The notes below the pieces were generated by a model. That model was given only the letters and a program-made list of their open reading frames with translations, was not told where the DNA came from and did no database searches. A program made the translations under genes and the position numbers. DNA of 64,000 nucleotides, taken from positions 15,618-79,617 of the forward strand of contig DASYWW010000012.1 of assembly GCA_035935655.1 (NCBI GenBank). The letters run 5' to 3'. Below are positions 7,404-15,434 of this stretch, piece by piece (the first letter of the stretch is position 1; every line of letters begins with the position of its first letter). This DNA is from Candidatus Bathyarchaeia archaeon. Its GTDB lineage: Archaea; Thermoproteota; Bathyarchaeia; 40CM-2-53-6.

Positions 7404-8495
7404 ATGTCAACGGTTCAGCTAGCCCAAATCAAAGTTGACTCGAAGACTAACGCGATCCAATCCGAACTCCGGATCGGACAAATGCGGATTCCTCTCCCTA
7501 ATAGATTTCCTATCAGCCCTGAAAGAAACGCTCTCAAGCCGGCCGGTGTAAAGGATCCGTTACCTGGGGAGGTAGCTGTTCTCGCCAGGCTCGCACCGCC
7601 CAACACGATCAAGAGAATTCTAACCCAAGAGGATGCCCTGAAATCCACGGCACGATTCCTATCAAGAGAAACGAGCCCTGACGCTGCTCGCCTCCTCTAC
7701 CTCGCCTTCAAAGGTGGAGCCATGCTGAAGGACACTCAGGACCTCAAGACAATCCTGGATCTACAATATCTTGCCGGACTTGACATCATTACAGCTCAAC
7801 ATACAGTAGACATGTCTCCAGAGGATTTCGAGGGACAACTACGGTTTGCAGAAAAGTGGATGGAAGAGCGCGGCGTCGAGAAGCCGCTGATGCCGATTAT
7901 CCAAGCCACTGACAACAAGGACATCGCTGGACAACTCGTTAAGATTGTCGAGAGGCATGAGTCGGCTCAGATCGGGATTGACCTTCGAGGCGCCTTCCAC
8001 TACCACGCTCTTCGAATAATGGAGGAGTTCAAGAAGCGGAAACCCGAGGTCTGGCTGCATGCCTTCCAGGTACCACCTAAGATCCGATTGGGACGCAGCC
8101 CTATGCCTTGCAGCCAAGGAATGATCCTGCCTATGTTCAGCATAGACAGTTTCTCGAGATGGATTGTCCCGCCGCCCCCAACGCCTCTCACGAAAGAGGT
8201 CATCAATGTTTTCGATCGAAAGGGTTGGGGAGCTCTGAAAAAGAAAGACTATGAGGAGATAAGAGGAAACTCGACGAACTGCAACTGCGCCGTTTGCCAA
8301 GGGAAAGACCTAGAGCCATTCTACGAGGGCAAAGTCTTGGACGTGCTCGCAAAAGCAAAAGTCCACGACCACTTAGCCCAGAGAAAGGAGTTGGAATCCG
8401 CTAGGGCTTCCATCAAGAAGGGAGAATTCCTTTCACTCCTGAATTCGAAACAGTACCCCAAAGAATTTCTCAGACAGATCCCGAAAGAAGCATGA
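7404..8495 (+). CDS. Hypothetical protein with a TGT-family-like C-terminal zinc signature (possible tRNA-guanine-transglycosylase-fold / DpdA-like protein)
   Basis: 363 aa. C-terminal NCNCAVCQG-x20-VHDHL gives CxCx2C plus His at +23/+25, the spacing of the Zn site of queuine/archaeosine TGTs (CxCx2C-x~26-H followed by HNL). No recognisable N-terminal TGT motifs. Confidence 0.45.
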   Translation: MSTVQLAQIKVDSKTNAIQSELRIGQMRIPLPNRFPISPERNALKPAGVKDPLPGEVAVLARLAPPNTIKRILTQEDALKSTARFLSRETSPDAARLLYLAFKGGAMLKDTQDLKTILDLQYLAGLDIITAQHTVDMSPEDFEGQLRFAEKWMEERGVEKPLMPIIQATDNKDIAGQLVKIVERHESAQIGIDLRGAFHYHALRIMEEFKKRKPEVWLHAFQVPPKIRLGRSPMPCSQGMILPMFSIDSFSRWIVPPPPTPLTKEVINVFDRKGWGALKKKDYEEIRGNSTNCNCAVCQGKDLEPFYEGKVLDVLAKAKVHDHLAQRKELESARASIKKGEFLSLLNSKQYPKEFLRQIPKEA

Positions 8496-8559
8496 ATAGT
8501 TCAATCGGCGGTCTTATAGCCAAGAGGCTATCAAGGGCGCATGCGCAAGGTCGAGTAGG

Positions 8560-9030
8560 TTGATCCAAACTCCGACTTGGGTTCAAGACGTCTTCGATCG
8601 CTACCTGATCTGTGAATTCACTTCGATAGATAACGGAAAGCCCGTGACATTTCCCCTACTCTTCTTCTACGACAATAACCCACCCAAGTTCGCCGTAACA
8701 TCTAGCATACTGTTCTCGCGAAAGATCGAACATATGAAGAAAAACCCGAAGGTCTCGCTTCTCTTCTCTAACCCCGAAGGCAGTGGAATAGAGAAGCATG
8801 TAGTCCTCGTCCAAGGCGTTGCGAAATGCGATGATTCTGACCTCGACCATGGATGGGAGAGGTATCTTCCCATGTGGCGGAAGAAGGAGCCTTACATCGA
8901 CGGATTCCTTGCGGCCCGGGAGCGGTTCAGCTGGTTCTGGAAAAGAATTGTAGTCGAAATAGAACCGAAGAAGATTCTGGCATGGAAGAACGGAGACACA
9001 TCCAAACCCGCGGAGGCAATCAAGGTTTGA
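8560..9030 (+). CDS. Pyridoxamine 5'-phosphate oxidase-like FMN-binding split-barrel protein
   Basis: 156 aa; KKNPKVSLLFSNPEG...HVVLVQGVA pattern typical of the PNPOx-like/general-stress-26 family. Confidence 0.65.
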   Translation: MIQTPTWVQDVFDRYLICEFTSIDNGKPVTFPLLFFYDNNPPKFAVTSSILFSRKIEHMKKNPKVSLLFSNPEGSGIEKHVVLVQGVAKCDDSDLDHGWERYLPMWRKKEPYIDGFLAARERFSWFWKRIVVEIEPKKILAWKNGDTSKPAEAIKV

Positions 9031-9434
9031 CAACCTCAAATCTTGTTGACCTTGATAGGGTATCATCGTTCAGATACGGCGTAGTCACATGGATAGACAA
9101 AGATGGGTTCCCCTTTAGCGTCGCGACAGACTTTCTTCTGTCCGAGAATGGTGAGATTCTTCTGAAGAAACCCAGCCCTCCCGCAACAATCATGGGGGCT
9201 CGTGTTGGGGTTCTCTTCAACCACATAACCGGGATCCCAACGGGCGGCTACACTGACCGCCGCTACATGCTGGTATGGGGCACAGTGAGCGAGGATAAGG
9301 GATTCCTGAAACTGCATCCAGAAGAGGTCTCCGAGTGGGACGAGAAAATACTACCTTTCGACAAGCTGTGTGAGGCCGCTGTGCCACAAGCAAAGAGGTA
9401 CCTAGGGAGTCTTCAGCCTTCCATCGACGCCTGA
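9027..9434 (+). CDS. Second PNPOx-like split-barrel protein (start uncertain; TTG at 9027 overlaps the previous stop)
   Basis: VTWIDKDGFPFSVATDFLLSENGEILL resembles the PNPOx motif TVDxDGrPhvvPvwf. The track ORF 8853-9434 runs in a different frame over the 3' end of the previous gene, so the real start is probably near 9027-9060. Confidence 0.5.
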   Translation: MTTSNLVDLDRVSSFRYGVVTWIDKDGFPFSVATDFLLSENGEILLKKPSPPATIMGARVGVLFNHITGIPTGGYTDRRYMLVWGTVSEDKGFLKLHPEEVSEWDEKILPFDKLCEAAVPQAKRYLGSLQPSIDA

Positions 9435-10030
9435 TCCTCTTCAACAGGCTTGCTACTCTCTGCCGCTTGTGCCTTAGATTCGGCAAGGAGCATCATTAGG
9501 CTTGGGAGATCCAGTTCAGCACGGGTCCTCCAACCCAGCTTGACAAGACCTTCCTCGTCCTCTTCAAGATAACCAGATCGGAGAAACGTGTCCATTAGGG
9601 TCAGTGCTCTCCAACGCCCCGCCTTATTGCCGATGACCGTTTCCAATTCCTTCCTCTCGCTCTTCCCTTGTTTCGATACTACAAGCGCCAAAGCGGCGGC
9701 TAAGGCGGCGAGATTGTCGATTCTCCAGCCGCAAAGTCTCGCTTCCTTCGGAGTGAGAGTTCCCTTGAGACGGACGAAATATCGGGATTCTTCTTCCCCG
9801 TCGCTTGGTAGAGGTTTGTAATCGGAGAGAGACTGTGGTTCTACCTTCTTGATTTCGAGGTCCAAGTCTTTCAACCCCTCATCTAGCTGCTCTAGGACCT
9901 TCGTGTACCCTTTTCCGAGCCCCGTTTTCAACTCCCAAGACCGAGCACCTGGTACTCTCCCTCGTTTGAAGAAGAGGATGTGTGCTGCCCGCTTGACCTT
10001 TTCATGGTAGTAGGTTGGCTCGTTTTTCAC
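9413..10030 (-). CDS. scpB: ScpB-like protein (tandem winged-helix, KITE-type partner)
   Basis: IDNLAALAAALALVVSKQGKSERKELETVIGNKAGRW...GYLEEDEEGLVKLGWRTRAELDLPSL parallels the ScpB second WH motif (LSxAALETLAIIAYxQPiTRxEIExIRGV...GLIxExGR...TTxxFLxxFGLxSLxDLP). 4-bp overlap with the upstream gene. Confidence 0.5.
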   Translation of the reverse strand: MKNEPTYYHEKVKRAAHILFFKRGRVPGARSWELKTGLGKGYTKVLEQLDEGLKDLDLEIKKVEPQSLSDYKPLPSDGEEESRYFVRLKGTLTPKEARLCGWRIDNLAALAAALALVVSKQGKSERKELETVIGNKAGRWRALTLMDTFLRSGYLEEDEEGLVKLGWRTRAELDLPSLMMLLAESKAQAAESSKPVEEDQASMEG

Positions 10031-10827
10031 TTCGCCCGTATCAAAGCCTCCTTTGTTATGGGGATGGGAAAGCTGAGTGCCGATCCTTCTTGGCGGAGCT
10101 CAGGTCTTGCTTTCGGCACTAGTAGCATACTAGTCCCCTTCCGTTGCAAGTTTGCATATCCATAGCTGACAAGAAAGCTGACAAGTTGCGCTCGGGTGAT
10201 AGTGGCAGCGAAGTCGGTCCCCGTGATGAAATTCCAGTAATCCACCTTCCGATCTTCATCGGCTCTGTCCTTGAGCTCCTTCCAGAGATCCTGCATTTTT
10301 CTTGTGTAAGCCTTCTCTTCGACTATGCGCGTCCGAGCCAGTTCCCCCAAATTGGCGATACCAGGGTTGTCGAAGGGTCCGAGATGAAGCCTCTTTCTTC
10401 GCTCGAAGAAGGAGAGCATCTTATCCCAGAATTCCTTAGCTTCTTTTGTCGAAGCGAGAGTAAGTTGCTCGAGCTCTACTATCGGATGCCATGACAGGAG
10501 GAGAAACTCTGCCAATTGTTCTCTCGAAAGGGAATCAAGCTTCTGCTTCACCATAGCAGGATCGACGAAGAGAGCGCTGGACTGGAATCTGAGATTTGCG
10601 CTTTGCAATCCTACGACTCTAGCCACGCTCGTGATGGCACGCATGTCCAGTAGGTGGTCATCCAGCGTCCTCAACTGGTTCGAGTAGCGTCTAATGATAC
10701 GAAGTGCTTCGGTGATATCCAGAAGGAAGGGACTGAACCTGCGGTTCTCTATCGAGATACATGTCTGAACCAGTTCCTCCAGTTCCCGTCTGCCGGATAA
10801 TCGATGGACCTTCTCCGTCGTGGTCAT
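10027..10827 (-). CDS. scpA: ScpA-like kleisin
   Basis: 266 aa. The N-terminus RRFSPFLLDITEALRIIRR resembles FxGPLDLLLxLI. The C-terminus TDFAATITRAQLVSFLVSYGYANLQRKGTSMLLVP resembles the ScpA WHD (TFLALLELxKxGxIxL). Start and stop overlap the neighbours by 4 bp each. Confidence 0.5.
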   Translation of the reverse strand: MTTTEKVHRLSGRRELEELVQTCISIENRRFSPFLLDITEALRIIRRYSNQLRTLDDHLLDMRAITSVARVVGLQSANLRFQSSALFVDPAMVKQKLDSLSREQLAEFLLLSWHPIVELEQLTLASTKEAKEFWDKMLSFFERRKRLHLGPFDNPGIANLGELARTRIVEEKAYTRKMQDLWKELKDRADEDRKVDYWNFITGTDFAATITRAQLVSFLVSYGYANLQRKGTSMLLVPKARPELRQEGSALSFPIPITKEALIRAK

Positions 10828-12887
10828 GCGATCTCCTTAACCATTGAACTACCCTCGACGTTCTGGACTACGATGACATGGACATTGTCCTCGGGAAGGG
10901 TCACCTGTCCAGGGGTTATCGCAATGTACTGGCTTGAATCGGTGGCTCGTGATGCAGCGTGAATGAGCTTGGATACGGTTTCCCTGTTTCGCGGGTCCAT
11001 GTGAACGTCGAATTCGTCGATTGCTCGGAAAGGAGACGAGATGAACTGTTGTAGGGAAAGTAGAAATGCGATCAGTGCAACAGTCCGCTCGCCGCCACTT
11101 GGAGCTAGACCGTCCAGCGATACTGGTTCGTTTCCTTTGAATCCTGCATAGAGTTCAAGCCCTGCTTTTTCAATATCTTTGGAGGCTTTGATAACGACTC
11201 GTCCATTTGATCCAACTTCAGACAGTAGCGTGTTGTATCTTGCGGAGAGATCCTCCAGCAGCTTGTCCATGACCAGTTTCCATCGGTCAAACCGATCTCT
11301 CAGTTCGCCGAGAACTTCCGACCTGTTGTGCTCCACCACCTCGGCTTTCTTCTTTAAATCCTCGTAAAGCTCTCCATAGCTCTTGTACATCTTCTCGACT
11401 TCAGCCGAGAGATGAGCTAACGGGCGTAATCGTTCCTGAACGGAAGCGACATCTGGTGAAATCTGTTGGAGGTCTCTAGGACTCTCAAAGACTGGTCCCA
11501 GCTGAGAGGCCTGTGTTCGAAGGGGACCGATTTCATCTTCGCCAATCCGAAGTTGGACCTCGAGTTCTTGAACCTCCTGTTCCATTAATGCAAGCTTGAA
11601 GTTGCTGACCTCTTTCTTGACTCTGGACTCTATGAGAAGGTCGGTATTCTTGCTGAGTTGCGAGGTTAAGTCGGAAATGCCTGTGCGCACTTTCTCGAAG
11701 TCCTGCTCCGCGGTCTTTGCAGTGTTCGAAATTCGCTCCTGCTCGCCGCCAAGATCCGACAACACTTGGCTAAGTTGATTGCTCTCAGACGAGACGCTCA
11801 CATCGGGAGCCCTTTGCTGAAGCGAGGTCAGATAGTGCTGCTGTGTTCTGAGGAGGTCAGTGGCTTTTGAGATCCATTCTAGTGCGCCTGCTCGAAGCCC
11901 TCGACCATGTTCAAGTTTCAGATGTTCTTCCCTAAGTCCCTCAAGTTCTTCGGAGACTTTAGCGAGGTCGATAAGGACTTGTTGGTGTTGTTTATGAGAT
12001 GTTTCAAACTCCTCTCTCGTTTCATCTATCTTGGCGTGAAGGGAAGAGATTCTGTCTTTCACACGTTTTTGTGAGGATTCTCTTCTGATAATGCGTCTCC
12101 AGAGGAGTTCTCTCTGAAGGTCCTTCCACTGATCCTCGAGTTTCCTTTTCAACTCATATTTCTCGTATTCCCGCTGCCAATGCAAATACGTCTCCCTCGT
12201 GCCCTCCAGGACCGAAGACATTGTCTCCCGTTCAGTTGTGAGTTTCTGTAATCGAGAGGAAGCGTCGAGCACTTCCCGGCGATACGCTCCAAATCCTACG
12301 GCATCTTCCAAGAGAAGAAGCTTGTCAATTGGGCTCACCGAACCGAATCGTCCGACCATAAGCTGGTGCATTATCACAAGCATGTTGTCAGGGTTGAGTC
12401 CTATTCTGGAAAGTCCTTCGACCAGGTTTGTCTTACTGATTGGTTTGTTGTTTAGCAAGTAGTGGTAATCTCCAGATCTCTTGAGGACTCGGGTGAGGAG
12501 GACCTTGTCTGATCTGGCTTGTGGAAATGGTCGAGCCCCTTTCGGGGCTTCGTTGTCTAGTAGAAGTGAAATGCGGGCTTCTTGTTCATTCCAGCGTATC
12601 AGCTCGCTGAGCTTTTTGGCGCGCTCTGTGTATGCTTGGCCCAAGACGACGCTTATTGCTAGGAGTATGGATGATTTTCCTGCGCCGTTGGGTCCTATGA
12701 TCAGGTTTAGGCCTGGTCGGAGTGGAATGCTGGTGTTCTTGTAGGACATGAAGTTTGAGAGTTGGACTTCGCGGATCAATTTCCGACAAGCAGCCTTGTT
12801 GTTGGAGAGTATGGGCCTGGCTGAATTAGAAGTCTTTCTCGTCCAATCAATGTTTATATACGCGATTTGGCATTTTTCGCCTTTCAT
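10824..12887 (-). CDS. SMC-family ATPase, unusually short (687 aa) and apparently hinge-less
   Basis: N-terminal IREVQLSNFMSYKNTSIPLRPGLNLIIGPNGAGKSSILLAISVVLGQ (Walker A). C-terminal LSGGE-type signature PSGGERTVALIAFLLSLQ plus Walker B DEFDVHMD. The centre is continuous heptad-rich coiled coil with no glycine-rich hinge block and no CxxC zinc hook. Confidence 0.8.
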   Translation of the reverse strand: MKGEKCQIAYINIDWTRKTSNSARPILSNNKAACRKLIREVQLSNFMSYKNTSIPLRPGLNLIIGPNGAGKSSILLAISVVLGQAYTERAKKLSELIRWNEQEARISLLLDNEAPKGARPFPQARSDKVLLTRVLKRSGDYHYLLNNKPISKTNLVEGLSRIGLNPDNMLVIMHQLMVGRFGSVSPIDKLLLLEDAVGFGAYRREVLDASSRLQKLTTERETMSSVLEGTRETYLHWQREYEKYELKRKLEDQWKDLQRELLWRRIIRRESSQKRVKDRISSLHAKIDETREEFETSHKQHQQVLIDLAKVSEELEGLREEHLKLEHGRGLRAGALEWISKATDLLRTQQHYLTSLQQRAPDVSVSSESNQLSQVLSDLGGEQERISNTAKTAEQDFEKVRTGISDLTSQLSKNTDLLIESRVKKEVSNFKLALMEQEVQELEVQLRIGEDEIGPLRTQASQLGPVFESPRDLQQISPDVASVQERLRPLAHLSAEVEKMYKSYGELYEDLKKKAEVVEHNRSEVLGELRDRFDRWKLVMDKLLEDLSARYNTLLSEVGSNGRVVIKASKDIEKAGLELYAGFKGNEPVSLDGLAPSGGERTVALIAFLLSLQQFISSPFRAIDEFDVHMDPRNRETVSKLIHAASRATDSSQYIAITPGQVTLPEDNVHVIVVQNVEGSSMVKEIA

Positions 12888-12935
12888 TGGAGCGTGCCAG
12901 GTGCGGGATTAAGACGGCTTGGCAAAGTTCTGCAC

Positions 12936-13142
12936 ATGTCTAAAAGCGGTAACCTCATAGTCAAACTCGAGCAGCCACCGGTGCCAGCAGAGCGGACCCG
13001 AGTGGTTGACTACAAGATCAAGAAGATAGGGACTGTCAACAATATTCTCGGTCCTGTGAAGAGTCCATATGTCTCCGTAAGACCGGAAGGTGCCGGTGAG
13101 GGGTTCTCGGGCAGGGTCTTGTACCTTTTAGAGGATAATTAG
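12936..13142 (+). CDS. gar1: H/ACA ribonucleoprotein subunit Gar1
   Basis: From the internal M: MSKSGNLIVKLEQ...VVDYKIKKIGTVNNILGPVKSPYVSVRP...GRVLY matches the archaeal Gar1 pattern (SKSGNLIVK...GKVxDVFGPVxxPYxxVKP). Conserved gar1-tfb adjacency. Confidence 0.75.
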   Translation: MSKSGNLIVKLEQPPVPAERTRVVDYKIKKIGTVNNILGPVKSPYVSVRPEGAGEGFSGRVLYLLEDN

Positions 13143-13157
13143 GAGAAAAAGGGAGAA

Positions 13158-14117
13158 TTGGTTGAAGAAGTAGGCCAGACGCTAGAGCGGGGAGCAGAGA
13201 GCAGTTCGCGAAGGATACGATTGTGTCCGGAGTGTGGTGGTTCACGGCTGATGCGTGACTATGACGCTGCGGAGGTTGTCTGTATGGCCTGCGGATATGT
13301 TGTGCAAGAAAAGATTGCTGATACACGGCCTGAGTGGCGCGCGTTTGACGACGAACAGCGAGCGAAGAGAGCGCGCACTGGTGCGCCGATGACGTATACT
13401 ATTCATGATAAGGGCCTCTCGACAATTATCGACTGGCGTGATCGTCCATCGGGGACGAAGGGCGTCTCGGCCGATCAAAGGATTGAGTTGTACAAGCTGC
13501 GGAAGTGGCAGCGACGTGTCCGCGTGTCGGACGCGACGGAGCGGAACCTGGCTGTTGCGTTGTCGGAGCTGAGCAAGTTGTCCTCGGCCCTTTCCTTACC
13601 GAAGAATATTCTCGAGACAGCGTCTGTCATTTATCGTCGCGCTATCAAGAGGCGTTTGATCCGTGGTCGATCGATTCACAACGTGACCGCGGCGGCGATC
13701 TACATGTCGTGTCGTCAGTGTGGTGTTCCTCGGACTCTGGATGAGATTGCTAGCGTGTCGACGCTGAACAAGAAGGACATCGGTCGGAGCTACCGGTTCA
13801 TGCTGCGGGAGCTCGGGATGTTTGTTCCTCCGTCTGCGAACAGGAATTATGCGGCTCGGTTTTCGAACAAGCTGACTATCTCGGGGAAGGCGGAGGGTAT
13901 TGCTATTCGGATTTTGGAGATTGCACGGCAGATGAAGCTGACGAGTGGGCGTGGTCCGGCGGGTATTGCGGCGGCGTCTACGTATATTGCGACGGTGTTG
14001 ACGAATGAGCGTAAGACGCAGCGGGAGATTGCGGAGATTGCGAACGTGACAGAGGTTACGATCCGGAACCGGTACAAGGAGCTTCTTGAGAAGCTCATGA
14101 TAGAAGTCCCGATTTAG
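13158..14117 (+). CDS. tfb: Transcription initiation factor IIB (TFB)
   Basis: N-terminal Zn ribbon CPECGGSRLMRDYDAAEVVCMACGYV, then GPEWRAFDDE and two cyclin-fold repeats (ISRLxxxL, VLTNERKTQREIAEIANVTEVTIRNRYKEL). TTG start at 13158. Confidence 0.9.
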   Translation: MVEEVGQTLERGAESSSRRIRLCPECGGSRLMRDYDAAEVVCMACGYVVQEKIADTRPEWRAFDDEQRAKRARTGAPMTYTIHDKGLSTIIDWRDRPSGTKGVSADQRIELYKLRKWQRRVRVSDATERNLAVALSELSKLSSALSLPKNILETASVIYRRAIKRRLIRGRSIHNVTAAAIYMSCRQCGVPRTLDEIASVSTLNKKDIGRSYRFMLRELGMFVPPSANRNYAARFSNKLTISGKAEGIAIRILEIARQMKLTSGRGPAGIAAASTYIATVLTNERKTQREIAEIANVTEVTIRNRYKELLEKLMIEVPI

Positions 14118-14471
14118 CCGCGCGAAGGGCGCGGCGAGGGGGACTTGAGTAGGTCCCCTGGGGGGGTCGCTAAAATTCACTGTTTTTGTGGTTTCAGAAA
14201 CGTGTTTTCAAGTTTATGGGATTTCGAGGTGGCCGATTTCCACGATGCCGATTTTCACGAACTGGTTTTCAGAAGATTGATTGATTTCGGAAAATGGAGT
14301 CTAAACAAGTCGGGCTTGGATTCGTCATCAGGGGCTTATTCTGGGCTAAAAAGTGGGGGAGGTGACGTTTGAGCAGTGTAATCGCCTATCACGTAGGAGG
14401 TATATCGCCCGTAGAGTTGGTTGGGCCTGAAAGAGAAATATTCCTAGCGGAATAGGACAAGGAAGTAATTA

Positions 14472-14515
14472 ATATGACATACGTTATAGCGCGCGAGCTA
14501 GATGACGTATGTCAT
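14472..14515 (+). promoter_or_regulatory. Perfect 12-bp inverted repeat TATGACATACGT-n20-ACGTATGTCATA enclosing the predicted ATG (14509) of the rhodanese gene; the spacer contains a nested TAGCGCGCGAGCTA palindrome
   Basis: Read directly from the sequence. The right arm contains the start codon ATGTCATAC. Confidence 0.4.
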
Positions 14516-15384
14516 ACGCACACCCCGAAGTATTAGTGAGTAGCGACTGGGTGCAGGAACATCTCAACGATCCGAAAGTGAGAGTCGTCGAGGTTGACTA
14601 TGACTCGGTTGCGAACTATCAGCTGGGACACGTTCCCGGCGCGGTCCTCTTCGACTGGAAGAAGGACCTCAACCACCCCCTCGAAAGAGACATCCTATCG
14701 AGACAACAGCTAGAGCAACTATTTGCAAGATCTGGAATTACCCCAGACACCAAGATAGTCCTATACGGCGACTTCAACAACTGGTTCGCAGCCTACGCCT
14801 TCTGGGACCTACAATACTACAACGTCAAGAACGTCGTACTAATGAACGGAGGCCGGAAAAAATGGATCGACGAAGACAAACCCCTGACCAAAGACATCCC
14901 AACCTACCCAAGCGCAAACTACAAGGCCTCAGGACCCGATGAAAGCGTCAGAGTCTACTTCAAACAAGCTCTCGACCTCTACCGGAGACCCAACGTGAAA
15001 CTCGTCGACGTCAGAGGACCAAAAGAATTCACAGGCGAAGTCCTAGCACCACCAGAGTACCCGACAGAGCACGCGCAACGTGGAGGCCACATACCTGGAG
15101 CAGTCAACATTCCATGGTCCCATGCCGTCCGAGAAGACGGCACCTTCAAAAGCCCAGACGAACTGAAGAAGCTATACGAGGATAAGGGCATCGTCGCCGG
15201 CCGAGACATTGTGACCTACTGCCGCATCGGCGAAAGATCCTCGTTCACCTGGTTCGTGCTAAAGTACCTCCTCGGCTACCCCAACGTGCGAAACTACGAC
15301 GGGTCATGGACCGAGTGGGGGAACCTAGTGCGAAACCCTATCGAGAAACCAAGCCCGTCGATAGCCCAACCCGTTTCAGCATAA
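14509..15384 (+). CDS. Thiosulfate/3-mercaptopyruvate sulfurtransferase (tandem rhodanese domains)
   Basis: 291 aa, two rhodanese modules; catalytic loop YCRIGERSS (CRxGx[R/T]) in the C-terminal domain; N-terminal LVSSDWVQEHLNDPKVRVVEVD. Confidence 0.85.
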   Translation: MSYAHPEVLVSSDWVQEHLNDPKVRVVEVDYDSVANYQLGHVPGAVLFDWKKDLNHPLERDILSRQQLEQLFARSGITPDTKIVLYGDFNNWFAAYAFWDLQYYNVKNVVLMNGGRKKWIDEDKPLTKDIPTYPSANYKASGPDESVRVYFKQALDLYRRPNVKLVDVRGPKEFTGEVLAPPEYPTEHAQRGGHIPGAVNIPWSHAVREDGTFKSPDELKKLYEDKGIVAGRDIVTYCRIGERSSFTWFVLKYLLGYPNVRNYDGSWTEWGNLVRNPIEKPSPSIAQPVSA

Positions 15385-15434
15385 GGAAATGCACCAACAA
15401 CTCTCTTCCTTTCCCCCTTTTTCGTGCTTTGATG

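Noticed and set aside
12199-12789. Several 60-90-aa ORFs on both strands within 10824-12887
   Set aside because: They are nested in the SMC-family gene and are frame artefacts of its coiled-coil-encoding repetitive sequence.
13596-14180. 194-aa Arg-rich minus-strand ORF
   Set aside because: It is antisense to TFB and its composition (R/P/N-rich) is typical of a GC-rich antisense frame.
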